NCBI GenBank assembly: GCA_965237415.1
Contig: CBDEFM010000002.1
Span: 3,520,001 to 3,584,000 of the forward strand
Direction: 5' to 3'
DNA length: 64,000 bases
Source of the DNA: Alphaproteobacteria bacterium
GTDB lineage: Bacteria > Pseudomonadota > Alphaproteobacteria > UBA828
Part shown: piece after piece, positions 54,682-63,506 of the stretch
How positions within the stretch are numbered: the stretch's first letter is position 1
How the letters are laid out: every line of letters starts with the position of its first letter
Made by a program: the position numbers and the translations under genes
The notes under the pieces: model-generated
Seen by the model: the letters and a program-made list of their open reading frames with translations, nothing else
What the model was told of the DNA's origin: nothing
Database searches by the model: none

Positions 54682-54682
54682 G

Positions 54683-55216
54683 ATGTCTCGCGTCGGCAAG
54701 AATCCGGTCCCCATCCCCGAAGGCGTCGAGGTGACCATCGACGGCGCGGCGGTCTCTGTGAGCGGCAAGCTGGGCCGCCTCGAAGCCACCATCGCGCCGG
54801 AGGTGAGCGCCGCGCTCGACAACGGCCAGGTCTCCGTCACGCCGCTGGGCGAGAGCAAGCGCGCCCGCCAGATGTGGGGGCTGACCCGGAGCGTGATCAA
54901 CAGCATGGTCGTGGGTGTGAGCCAGGGCTTCCACAAGAACCTGCAGATCGAGGGTGTCGGCTACCGGGCCGCGGTCGAGGGCCGCACGCTCACGCTCGAT
55001 CTCGGCTACAGCCACAGGGTGCGCTACCCGATTCCCGATGGCATCGAGGTCACGTGCGAACGGCCGACGGCGATCAGGGTCGCCGGTTCCGACCGCCAGG
55101 CGGTCGGCCAGGTCGCCGCCGAGATTCGTGCCTTCCGCAAGCCCGAGCCCTACAAAGGCAAGGGCATTCGCTATGTCGGCGAATACGTCCGGCGCAAAGA
55201 GGGCAAGAAGAAGTAG
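54683..55216 (+). CDS. rplF: 50S ribosomal protein L6
   Basis: [21 protein letters not shown]. Confidence 0.98.
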   Translation: MSRVGKNPVPIPEGVEVTIDGAAVSVSGKLGRLEATIAPEVSAALDNGQVSVTPLGESKRARQMWGLTRSVINSMVVGVSQGFHKNLQIEGVGYRAAVEGRTLTLDLGYSHRVRYPIPDGIEVTCERPTAIRVAGSDRQAVGQVAAEIRAFRKPEPYKGKGIRYVGEYVRRKEGKKK

Positions 55217-55218
55217 CA

Positions 55219-55569
55219 ATGAGCAGGAGCGATTTCGATAAGCGGAAGCAGCGGGTTCGCTTCCGGCTGCGCACCGCCGGCGCCGGCAGGCCGCGACTCA
55301 CGGTCTTCCGCTCCAACCGCCACATTTACGCCCAACTCATCGACGATAGAGAGAGCAGGACCGTGGCCGCCGCATCGACGGTGGAGAGCGCGCTGCGCAG
55401 CGAGAGCGGAGCAGACCGCGCGGCCGCGGGACGCGTCGGCACGCTCATCGCCGAGCGCGCGCTAGCGGCCGGTCACAAGGAGGTCATCTTCGACCGTGGC
55501 GGGTATCAGTATCACGGGCGTGTGAAATCGCTTGCCGAGGCGGCCCGCGAAGGCGGCCTCTCTTTCTAG
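55219..55569 (+). CDS. rplR: 50S ribosomal protein L18
   Basis: [26 protein letters not shown]. Confidence 0.98.
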   Translation: MSRSDFDKRKQRVRFRLRTAGAGRPRLTVFRSNRHIYAQLIDDRESRTVAAASTVESALRSESGADRAAAGRVGTLIAERALAAGHKEVIFDRGGYQYHGRVKSLAEAAREGGLSF

Positions 55570-55584
55570 GGGGAAGAGCCCGAT

Positions 55585-56157
55585 ATGGCACGACCATCCA
55601 TGAACAGGGACCGCGGCGGCCGCGGGCGGGAGCGCGAAGAGCCCGAACTGCTGGACAAGCTTGTCAGCATCAACCGCGTCGCCAAGGTGGTGAAGGGCGG
55701 GCGGCGGTTCGGCTTCTCGGCGCTCGTCGTCGTCGGCGACCAGCGCGGGCGCGTGGGCGGCGGCTCGGGCAAGGCGCGCGAGGTGCCGGAGGCGATCCGC
55801 AAGGCCACCGAGCAGGCCAGGCGCCGCATGGTTCGCGTGCCGCTACGCGAGGGGCGGACGCTGCACCATGACGTGCACGGCCGCTTCGGGGCAGGCAAGG
55901 TGATTATCCGCGCTGCACCGCCTGGCACCGGGATCATCGCCGGCGGCCCGATGCGTGCCGTGTTCGAGATGCTGGGCGTGAAGGACGTGGTCGCCAAGTC
56001 GGTGGGATCGTCGAACCCGCAGAACATGGTCAAGGCGACCTTCGATGCGCTCGGGCGCTGCTACTCTCCCCGCGCCGTCGCCGCCAAGCGCAATCGCACG
56101 GTGAGCCAGATCTTCGGCCAGGACGAGTCCGCCAAGGAGCGGACGGGGCAGGAATAG
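55585..56157 (+). CDS. rpsE: 30S ribosomal protein S5
   Basis: [18 protein letters not shown]. Confidence 0.98.
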   Translation: MARPSMNRDRGGRGREREEPELLDKLVSINRVAKVVKGGRRFGFSALVVVGDQRGRVGGGSGKAREVPEAIRKATEQARRRMVRVPLREGRTLHHDVHGRFGAGKVIIRAAPPGTGIIAGGPMRAVFEMLGVKDVVAKSVGSSNPQNMVKATFDALGRCYSPRAVAAKRNRTVSQIFGQDESAKERTGQE

Positions 56158-56160
56158 GCC

Positions 56161-56373
56161 ATGGCTGGGAGCAAGGCGTCGGCTCAAGTGCGGGTCACCC
56201 AGATCGGCAGCCCGATCGGCCGGCCGGCGGATCAGCGCGCGACCCTGGTCGGCCTCGGCCTCAACAAGATGCACCGCAGCCGCGTGCTTGAAGATACGCC
56301 TGCCGTGCGCGGCATGATTGACAAGATTTCGCACCTCGTGCGGGCCGAGGCGGTGGACGCGGAGGCGGAGTGA
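56161..56373 (+). CDS. rpmD: 50S ribosomal protein L30
   Basis: [17 protein letters not shown]. Confidence 0.97.
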   Translation: MAGSKASAQVRVTQIGSPIGRPADQRATLVGLGLNKMHRSRVLEDTPAVRGMIDKISHLVRAEAVDAEAE

Positions 56374-56876
56374 TGAGGCTGAACGAACTCGCCGACCGCG
56401 CCGGTGCGGCCAAGAAGGGCCGCAGGCTCGGGCGCGGCATCGGCTCCGGTCGCGGCAAGACTTCGGGGCGCGGCCACAAGGGCCAGAAGTCGCGAGCCGG
56501 CGTCGCCATCAAGGGATTCGAGGGCGGCCAGATGCCGCTCTACCGGCGGCTGCCCAAGCGGGGCTTCACCAATGCCCGCTTCCGCAAGACCTTCGAGACA
56601 GTGAACATCGGCCGCCTGCAGGAGGCGATCGAGCGGGGGCGGCTCGACGCAGGCGCGCCCGTGACCGAAGCCGCGCTGGCCGCTGCCGGGCTCACGCGCG
56701 GGCGGCACGGCGTGCGCCTTCTGGCCAAGGGGCGGATCGAGAGCGCCGTCATCGTCGAGGTGACCGGCGCGTCGAAGGCCGCCATCGCTGCGGTCGAGGC
56801 GGCCGGCGGCTCGGTGGCCCTCAGCGCGCCGGCCAAGGCCGAAACAACGGCCGAGGAAACGGCAAAGGACGCCTGA
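56373..56876 (+). CDS. rplO: 50S ribosomal protein L15
   Basis: [24 protein letters not shown]. Confidence 0.98.
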   Translation: MRLNELADRAGAAKKGRRLGRGIGSGRGKTSGRGHKGQKSRAGVAIKGFEGGQMPLYRRLPKRGFTNARFRKTFETVNIGRLQEAIERGRLDAGAPVTEAALAAAGLTRGRHGVRLLAKGRIESAVIVEVTGASKAAIAAVEAAGGSVALSAPAKAETTAEETAKDA

Positions 56877-56881
56877 CGAAC

Positions 56882-58225
56882 GTGGCTTCGGCAGCCGAAC
56901 AACTCGCTGCGAACCTCAATTTCGGGGCCTTCGCCAAGGCGAAGGAGCTTCAGAAGCGCCTGCTCTTCACGCTCGGCGCCCTGATCATCTACCGGCTGGG
57001 TACCTACATCCCGATCCCCGGGATCGACCCGGTGGTGCTCGACGAGGTGTTCCAGCAGCAGGCCGGCGGTATCCTCGGCATGTTCAACATGTTCGCCGGC
57101 GGCGCGCTCGGGCGCATGACGATCTTCGCGCTCAACATCATGCCGTACATCTCGGCGGCGATCATCATTCAGCTGATGACGACGGTCTCGCCGCATCTCG
57201 CCCAGCTCAAGAAGGAAGGCGAGGCCGGGCGCAAGAAGATCAATCAGTACACCCGCTACGGCACCGTCTTCCTCGCCGCGCTGCAGGCCTTCGGCATCTC
57301 CTCAGGCCTCGAGGGCTATAGCGGCCAGGGCGGCGATCTGGTGCTGGATCCGGGCGGCTTCTTCCGCTTGACCACGGTGGTAACTCTGACCGGCGGCACG
57401 ATCTTCTTGATGTGGCTCGGCGAACAAATTACCGCCAGAGGGGTCGGCAACGGCATCTCGCTCATCATCTTCGCCGGCATCGTGGCGGAGTTGCCGGGCG
57501 CGCTCGCGAGCACGCTGGAGCTCGGCCGCACCGGTGCGATCTCCGCAGTCGTGATCATCGCGCTCTTCGTCATGGCGGTCTCCGTCATTGGTTTCATCGT
57601 CTTCATCGAGCGGGCGCAGCGACGAATCGTCGTGCAATATCCCAAACGCCAGGTGGGGCGGCGGATGTTCGGCGGTGAAAGCACCCATCTGCCGTTGAAG
57701 GTCAACACCGCCGGGGTGATCCCGCCGATCTTTGCAAGCTCGATCCTGCTGCTGCCGATCACCGCGCTCAGCATCAACGCGGGCTCCGGGCCCGAGTGGC
57801 TGACGGCGGTGACGAGCTATCTCGGCCGCGGCCAGCCCATCTACATAATCATCTATGCGGCGGCGATCATCTTCTTCACGTTCTTCTACACCTCCGTCAT
57901 CTTCAATCCGGAAGATACGGCCGACAATTTGAAGAAGAACGGCGGCTTTATACCCGGAGTCCGTCCGGGCAAGAACACGGCGGAATATCTCGACTATGTG
58001 CTGACCCGCTTGACCTTCTGGGGCGCGCTCTATCTCACTTCCGTGAGCCTCTTGCCCGAGCTTCTGATTTCGCAATATGCGGTGCCATTCTATTTCGGGG
58101 GTACGAGTCTGCTCATCGTCGTCACCGTCACCATGGATACGGTGGGGCAAATCCAGTCCCATCTGCTCGCGCATCAATACGAAGGACTGATCAAGAAGGC
58201 GAAGCTGAGGGGGAGCCGGCGTTGA
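56882..58225 (+). CDS. secY: Preprotein translocase SecY
   Basis: IFALNIMPYI, WLGEQIT, GNGISLII, GVIPPIFA, IPGVRPG, GGTSLLI. Confidence 0.98.
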   Translation: MASAAEQLAANLNFGAFAKAKELQKRLLFTLGALIIYRLGTYIPIPGIDPVVLDEVFQQQAGGILGMFNMFAGGALGRMTIFALNIMPYISAAIIIQLMTTVSPHLAQLKKEGEAGRKKINQYTRYGTVFLAALQAFGISSGLEGYSGQGGDLVLDPGGFFRLTTVVTLTGGTIFLMWLGEQITARGVGNGISLIIFAGIVAELPGALASTLELGRTGAISAVVIIALFVMAVSVIGFIVFIERAQRRIVVQYPKRQVGRRMFGGESTHLPLKVNTAGVIPPIFASSILLLPITALSINAGSGPEWLTAVTSYLGRGQPIYIIIYAAAIIFFTFFYTSVIFNPEDTADNLKKNGGFIPGVRPGKNTAEYLDYVLTRLTFWGALYLTSVSLLPELLISQYAVPFYFGGTSLLIVVTVTMDTVGQIQSHLLAHQYEGLIKKAKLRGSRR

Positions 58226-58890
58226 ACCTGATCCTTCTCGGCCCACCGGGGGCGGGCAAGGGCACGCAGGCACAACGTTTGGTCGAGCGCTTCGGCATCG
58301 TTCAGATCTCCACGGGCGAGATGCTGCGGGCGGCGGCGAAGGCGGGCACCGCACTCGGTATCGAGGCCAAGGCGATCATGGAGGCCGGCGAGCTTGTGCC
58401 GGACGACCTGATGGTCGCCCTGATCGCCGAGCGGATCGAGCAGCCGGACTGCGCCAGCGGTTTCATCCTCGACGGCTTCCCGCGCACGGTGGCCCAGGCC
58501 GACGCGCTGGACCGCATGCTGGCCGAACGCGGGCTGACGCTCGACAAGGTGGTCGCCATCGAGGTCGATGAGGAGGCGCTGATCGAGCGCATCGTCGGCC
58601 GATTCTCCTGCGCCGACTGCGGCGCCGGCTATCACGACCAATTCAACCGGCCCAGCACCGAGGGCGTGTGCGACCAGTGCCGGGGTGCGAACTTCACGCG
58701 GCGGGCGGATGACAATCGCGAAACCATGACCGCGCGTCTAGCCGCCTATCGCGAGCAGACGGCCCCGATCATCCCGCACTACGAGGCCGGCGGGCGCTTC
58801 GCCAGGATCGACGGCTCGGGCGGCATCGACGCCATCACGGCGGCCATCGTTGCCGCTCTCGAAGACGCCGGCGTGGCGGGCGGGCGCTAG
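58222..58890 (+). CDS. adk: Adenylate kinase with four-Cys LID
   Basis: TTG overlapping secY stop; GPPGAGKGTQA, LDGFPRT, C-x2-C-x16-C-x2-C. Confidence 0.97.
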   Translation: MNLILLGPPGAGKGTQAQRLVERFGIVQISTGEMLRAAAKAGTALGIEAKAIMEAGELVPDDLMVALIAERIEQPDCASGFILDGFPRTVAQADALDRMLAERGLTLDKVVAIEVDEEALIERIVGRFSCADCGAGYHDQFNRPSTEGVCDQCRGANFTRRADDNRETMTARLAAYREQTAPIIPHYEAGGRFARIDGSGGIDAITAAIVAALEDAGVAGGR

Positions 58891-58912
58891 CAGAGCCCAC
58901 CGGGCGGCCTCC

Positions 58913-59602
58913 ATGCCCCAGACGAGATCGACGCATCTCAAGGCGCGGCGCGCCGTCATCGACGCTGCCCGCAGGATGAACGCGCTCGGCCTCAATCACG
59001 GGACCTCGGGCAATGTCGGATACAGGGTCGGCGGGCGCTTCCTGGTCACGCCGTCCGGCCTCGATTACGACGCGATCACGCCCGCAGACATCGTGGATAT
59101 GGACTTCGACGGCAGCCACCAGGGCACCCGGCGCCCCACCAGCGAATGGCGGTTGCACCGCGATATCCTCGCGACAAGGCCGGAGGTCGACGCGGTGCTG
59201 CACAGCCACGCCGTCCATTGCACTGCGCTCGCCGTGCACGGGATGGAAATCCCTGCAGTTCACTACATGGTCGCCGCTGCGGGCGGCACGAACATTCGCT
59301 GCGCGCCCTACCGGACGCCGACGACCCAGGCGCTCTCCGACGTCGCCGTGCCTGCGCTCAAGGAGCGCAGGGCCTGCCTGTTGCAGAATCATGGCGTCGT
59401 CGTCTTGGGCGAGACGCCCGATGCCTGCGTCAATCTGCTCGTCGAAGTCGAGTATCTGGCGGAGCTCTATTGCCGCACGCTCGCCATCGGCGCCGCCACC
59501 GGTAACGAGCCCAAGATCATCTCCCAGCGCAAGATGGCCAAGGTGCTGGAGATTATGAGGACCTACGGCAAACAGTCCGGCGACGATCCTCCGGAGGCGT
59601 AG
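58913..59602 (+). CDS. Class II aldolase/adducin family protein (FucA/Ald2-like)
   Basis: GTSGN, TPSG, PTSEWRLH, HSH, NHG zinc ligands. Confidence 0.9.
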   Translation: MPQTRSTHLKARRAVIDAARRMNALGLNHGTSGNVGYRVGGRFLVTPSGLDYDAITPADIVDMDFDGSHQGTRRPTSEWRLHRDILATRPEVDAVLHSHAVHCTALAVHGMEIPAVHYMVAAAGGTNIRCAPYRTPTTQALSDVAVPALKERRACLLQNHGVVVLGETPDACVNLLVEVEYLAELYCRTLAIGAATGNEPKIISQRKMAKVLEIMRTYGKQSGDDPPEA

Positions 59603-59632
59603 TCCGATTCGCGGGCGCGGGCGGGTTGCGGC

Positions 59633-60853
59633 TTACGCCTTCGCCTGCAATTCGCGAGGCCAGTTCGCGAGGGTTTCAGCGCCGGTTTCCGTGATGCGAA
59701 TGCTCTCGGTGATTTCGAGACCCCAGTCTTCGAACCAGAGCGCGGGCATGAAGTGGATGGTCATGTTCGGCTCAAGCACGGTGCGGTCTCCTGGGCGCAG
59801 GCTGATGGTGCGCTCGCCCCAGTCGGGCGGGTAGCTGAGCCCGACGGAGTAGCCGCATCGGCTCTCCTTCGTCAGGCCGTGCCGCGCGAGCGACTCCGAG
59901 AACGCGCGGTGGATGTCCTCGCACAGGTTCCCCGGCTTCGCCGCATCGAGGCCTGCCTCGATGGCTTCCAACAGCGCGCTTTCTGCGTTGCGCTCGCGAG
60001 CGGACGGTCGGCCCAGGAAAACCGTGCGGCAAAGCGGGCAGTGATAGCGCTTGTAGACGCCCGCAATTTCGAAGAACGTCGCCTCGCCCGCCCGCATCGG
60101 CTTGTCGTCCCACGTGAGGTGCGCCGCCGATGCATCGACGCCGGTGGGGAGCATCGGCACGATGGCGGGATAGTCGCCGCCGGCGCCGTCTACGCCGGTG
60201 ATGGCCGCGTGGTAGATCTCGGCGACCAGCTCGTTCTTGCGCATACCGGGCTCGACCACCTCCATGATGCGCGCGTGCATCTTCTCCACGATGCGCGCCG
60301 CGTTCTTCATGTAGGCGATCTCGGTCTCCGACTTCACGAGCCGTTGCCAGTTCACCAGCCCCGTCGCGTCGAGCAGTGTCGCATCGTGCAGATGCGTCTC
60401 CAGCGAGCGGTACGCGGCGGCGCTGAAGTAGTAGTTGTCCATCTCGACGCCGATCCGCGATCGGTCCCACCCACGCGCGGCGATGACTTCGCTCAAGTAG
60501 TCCATCGGGTGGCGTTCGGTGGACATCACGTAGTGATCCGCGTAGCCGACGATGTCGTCGTGCGCCATGAACACGGTGCGCTTCGCCCCGTTGGCGTCCA
60601 TGCCGCGCCCGAACCACACCGGATCGCCTTCGAGCGCGAGGAGCACGCACTGGTGCACGTAGAACGACCAACCGTCGTAGCCGGTCAGCCACGCCATGTT
60701 CGAGGGGTCGGAGACGACGAGCAGATCGAGCCCTCTCTCGTCCATCGCCCGGCGGGTCTTCGCGATCCGTGCCACGTATTCGTCGCGCGAGAAGGCGAGC
60801 TCGACCGGCGCGGGTGTCCCGATTTCGCTGCTTGTGGGCGACTTGCTGTTCAA
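59633..60853 (-). CDS. doeA: Ectoine hydrolase (M24 fold, DoeA/EutD)
   Basis: WLTGYDGWSFYVHQ, HPMD, EMDNYYF, LVNWQR, GGDYPAIVP, RYHCPL, SYPPDWGERT, LEITES; TTG start with GGAG upstream. Confidence 0.87.
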   Translation of the reverse strand: MNSKSPTSSEIGTPAPVELAFSRDEYVARIAKTRRAMDERGLDLLVVSDPSNMAWLTGYDGWSFYVHQCVLLALEGDPVWFGRGMDANGAKRTVFMAHDDIVGYADHYVMSTERHPMDYLSEVIAARGWDRSRIGVEMDNYYFSAAAYRSLETHLHDATLLDATGLVNWQRLVKSETEIAYMKNAARIVEKMHARIMEVVEPGMRKNELVAEIYHAAITGVDGAGGDYPAIVPMLPTGVDASAAHLTWDDKPMRAGEATFFEIAGVYKRYHCPLCRTVFLGRPSARERNAESALLEAIEAGLDAAKPGNLCEDIHRAFSESLARHGLTKESRCGYSVGLSYPPDWGERTISLRPGDRTVLEPNMTIHFMPALWFEDWGLEITESIRITETGAETLANWPRELQAKA

Positions 60854-60878
60854 GGCTGAAGGTCTCCGAAGAGGCAAA

Positions 60879-60907
60879 ATTATTCCTTCCAACGCTTGAA
60901 TTGTCTA
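60879..60907 (-). promoter_or_regulatory. Putative sigma70 promoter of doeA
   Basis: Minus strand TAGACA-17 nt-AATAAT, ending about 25 nt before TTG 60853. Confidence 0.55.
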
Positions 60908-61016
60908 GGTCGTGGGACGGGAAGGGTTCAGATTCTTTTCGCTCGTCCTCGATGCGCCGCTGTCGAAGCGCCTCAGGATCATGCCCGCAACGCCGAACCA
61001 CTCTGTGAGGGATCCC

Positions 61017-61493
61017 ATGGTGCTCGAAGGCTCCTGCCACTGCCGTGCCGTTCAATTCTCGCTCCAGTCGAAGACGCCGCATCCCTACATGCAGTGCTAC
61101 TGCTCGATCTGCCGAAAGACCGCAGGTGGTGGCGGCTACGCCATCAATCTGGGCGGCGAGGCGGAAGCGCTCAACGTGCGGGGCAAGCGTCACCTGAGAG
61201 TCTATCGGGCGCGGCTCGAGGACGGCAGCGAAAGCCTGGCCGAGCGGCGGTTCTGCGGCCGCTGCGGCAGTGCGCTCTGGGTCTGGGACCCGCGCTGGCC
61301 CGAACTGATCCACCCCTTCGCGTCGGCCATCGACACACCGCTGCCGGCGCCGCCGGAGCGCTGCCACATCATGCTCGACTACGCGCCGGGCTGGGTCAGG
61401 ATCCCGTCGGGCAAGCGCGACCCGCACTTTCCCGAGTATCCCGATCAGTCGCTGGAGGACTGGCACCGGAGCCGCGATCTGCTCGACCCCTGA
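61017..61493 (+). CDS. GFA/CENP-V family zinc protein
   Basis: GSCHC, CYCSICRK, FCGRCGS. Confidence 0.9.
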   Translation: MVLEGSCHCRAVQFSLQSKTPHPYMQCYCSICRKTAGGGGYAINLGGEAEALNVRGKRHLRVYRARLEDGSESLAERRFCGRCGSALWVWDPRWPELIHPFASAIDTPLPAPPERCHIMLDYAPGWVRIPSGKRDPHFPEYPDQSLEDWHRSRDLLDP

Positions 61494-61570
61494 TGCGGGA
61501 GTGCCGAGACGTCGGCCGCTTGGTATAGGACGGCCTGGCAGGGCGAATCGTTGGCGCGGGGAGAGAGAGC

Positions 61571-62422
61571 ATGGCATCGCAGGGCACGAACGGCGGCACG
61601 GTCAAGGCACTCTGGCGCTATCCAGTCAAGTCCATGGCGGGCACCAAGCTCGACGCGGCGCAGGTCACCGAGGGCGGCATTCTGGGCGACCGGGCCTATG
61701 CCGTAATCGACCGCTCGAGCGGCCGGGTTGGGAGCGCCAAGACCCCGAAGAAGTGGGCCGAGCTGATGGCCCTCGCCGCCGATTTCGTCAGACCGCCGCA
61801 GGCCGGCGCGTCGCTCCCGCCCGTGCGCATCCTCTGGCCCGACGGCACGGCGGTCACCAGCGATGGCGGTGACCCCGATGCCCGCCTCTCCGAAACCCTG
61901 GGGCGGCCGGTCACGCTCACGACGGAGCGCCCGGAAGCGCCCAGCCTCGAACGCCTCGACCCGCTCGCCGAAGAAGAGACCATCGTCGATATCGGCGAGC
62001 TGATGATGGCAGGCCGGTTCTCCGACTATGCGGCGCTTCATCTCATAACCACGGCGACGATGGCGCGCCTCGCCGAGCTACGTCCTGAATCGGCGTTCAA
62101 TGCGCGCCGCTTCCGCCCCAACGTGACGATCGCCACACCAGAGGGAGAGCAAGGCTTCGTCGAGAACGACTGGGTCGGGCGCGAGCTCGCGATCGGCGAC
62201 GAGGTGCGGCTCCGTATCTCCGACCCGACGCCGCGTTGCTCCGTCCCGACCCTAGCGCAGCAGGATCTCGCGAAGGACCCGCAGGTTCTCCGCACCATCG
62301 TCGAGCACAACACGCTCCCTGTCCCCGTGCTCGACGGCGAATCGCTCCCGTGCGCGGGCGTCTACGCCTTCGTCATTCAGGGCGGCATGGTGAAGAGGGG
62401 CGACGCGGTACGGGTTGTTTAG
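61571..62422 (+). CDS. MOSC-domain protein (mARC/YcbX-like)
   Basis: WRYPVKSM, GDRAYA, RRFRPN, ENDW, PRC. Confidence 0.9.
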   Translation: MASQGTNGGTVKALWRYPVKSMAGTKLDAAQVTEGGILGDRAYAVIDRSSGRVGSAKTPKKWAELMALAADFVRPPQAGASLPPVRILWPDGTAVTSDGGDPDARLSETLGRPVTLTTERPEAPSLERLDPLAEEETIVDIGELMMAGRFSDYAALHLITTATMARLAELRPESAFNARRFRPNVTIATPEGEQGFVENDWVGRELAIGDEVRLRISDPTPRCSVPTLAQQDLAKDPQVLRTIVEHNTLPVPVLDGESLPCAGVYAFVIQGGMVKRGDAVRVV

Positions 62423-62444
62423 GTCGCAGGCGTTACCCGTCGCG

Positions 62445-62819
62445 TCAATCGGCGGGGGTGCGCCTCTTCAACTCTATCGGCTGGCCGTGGGGGGTGTGGA
62501 TGGTCGCCTCGGTCCAGTCATCCTTGAGGCCGGCAAGCTCCGCTTCCGAGCCGAGCCCCTTGTCGATTACGAGCTTTTCGAGCGCGCTCAGCCAATGTTC
62601 ATAATAGCGATCCCCGAGGTCGGGATCGCCTCTCTGCTTCGCCGCTGCTATCTCGGCCGAGAGGTAGTCGACCCACTCCGACCAGGTGAACTTTCCAGCC
62701 TCCGACAGCCGCACCGCCATGGCGAAAGCGGCCGCCTCCCACGGTTCCTTGAAGACCGGCCCGTCTTCGGCCTCCCAGGGGAGCTGCGGCAAATCGTCAG
62801 CCGATTGCGCGGCGCTCAT
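62445..62819 (-). CDS. Nitrile hydratase accessory/activator protein (P14K/NhlE-like)
   Basis: PVFKEPWEAAAFA, FTWSEW, YYEHWLSALE, TPHGQPI; ATGA overlap with the upstream gene. Confidence 0.88.
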   Translation of the reverse strand: MSAAQSADDLPQLPWEAEDGPVFKEPWEAAAFAMAVRLSEAGKFTWSEWVDYLSAEIAAAKQRGDPDLGDRYYEHWLSALEKLVIDKGLGSEAELAGLKDDWTEATIHTPHGQPIELKRRTPAD

Positions 62820-63169
62820 GCGCTATCGAGGTAATCGTCGAAGAGGTCGATGTACACGCTGGCGTTCGCGTTGGCGTGGTCGCCCCACAGCTCGCTCCCT
62901 TCGAAGCGCACGCTGTAGACATGCTGAGGGTCGCTGTGGGTGCCCGATGCGGCCGACGTATCCGGAAATGCGAAAACGCCATGATCGCGCGCAATCGTTC
63001 CGGTCTTGCCCCGGATGTAGCGCGGCAGCCGGGTATGGGACACCGGGTTCACGTTGAGGGCCGTGACCGTGTCCCCCACCTTGAACCTGGGTGCGACGTC
63101 CGCATCCATCCGGCATGATGCGCCTCCAGCGACCAGACCTGGAACCAAATCCGGTGTCAGAACTGGCAT
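62816..63169 (-). CDS. Nitrile hydratase beta subunit, C-terminal half as a separate gene (117 aa)
   Basis: PVLTP, RFKVGD, HTRLPRYIRGKTG, PQHVYSVRF, ELWG, DLFDDYL; own GGAGAG RBS and GTG/ATG overlapping the upstream TGA. Confidence 0.9.
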   Translation of the reverse strand: MPVLTPDLVPGLVAGGASCRMDADVAPRFKVGDTVTALNVNPVSHTRLPRYIRGKTGTIARDHGVFAFPDTSAASGTHSDPQHVYSVRFEGSELWGDHANANASVYIDLFDDYLDSA

Positions 63170-63483
63170 CACGACTCTCCCGCCTGGCGAAGGCTCGCGA
63201 TCTTCTCTTCGACTTCGGCCTCGGTCAGCACGCCGCGTTCCACCAGCAGGGTCTCGTAGGCGTGCAGCCAATGCTCGTAATACGAGGTATCCAGATACTC
63301 GGCCGGGCCCATCCGCTCGATGGCGTGGCGGAACATATCCACGTTGAAGTGGCCTTCGGCAAAGTTGGTGAAGAACATGCCGAAGACCCGGCCCTCCCAA
63401 GACTCATGGAACTGAGGCTCGTTTTCTTCGCGAACGATCGGGCCCATGCATTGCATGCCGCCCATGTCGTGAATGCCGTTCAT
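63169..63483 (-). CDS. Nitrile hydratase beta subunit, N-terminal half as a separate gene (104 aa)
   Basis: MNGIHDMGG, WEGRV, FRHAIERM, YYEHWL; AAGGAG RBS. Confidence 0.9.
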   Translation of the reverse strand: MNGIHDMGGMQCMGPIVREENEPQFHESWEGRVFGMFFTNFAEGHFNVDMFRHAIERMGPAEYLDTSYYEHWLHAYETLLVERGVLTEAEVEEKIASLRQAGES

Positions 63484-63506
63484 CGCTGCGCTCCTTTCCG
63501 CCCCGG

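Noticed and set aside
58600-58685. Four-cysteine zinc LID in adenylate kinase
   Set aside because: Already known in alphaproteobacterial Adk enzymes such as Paracoccus; not novel
63160-63180. Selenocysteine or stop read-through at the TGA splitting NHase beta
   Set aside because: The two halves are in different frames, so read-through would not join them; a dedicated RBS and start explain the junction
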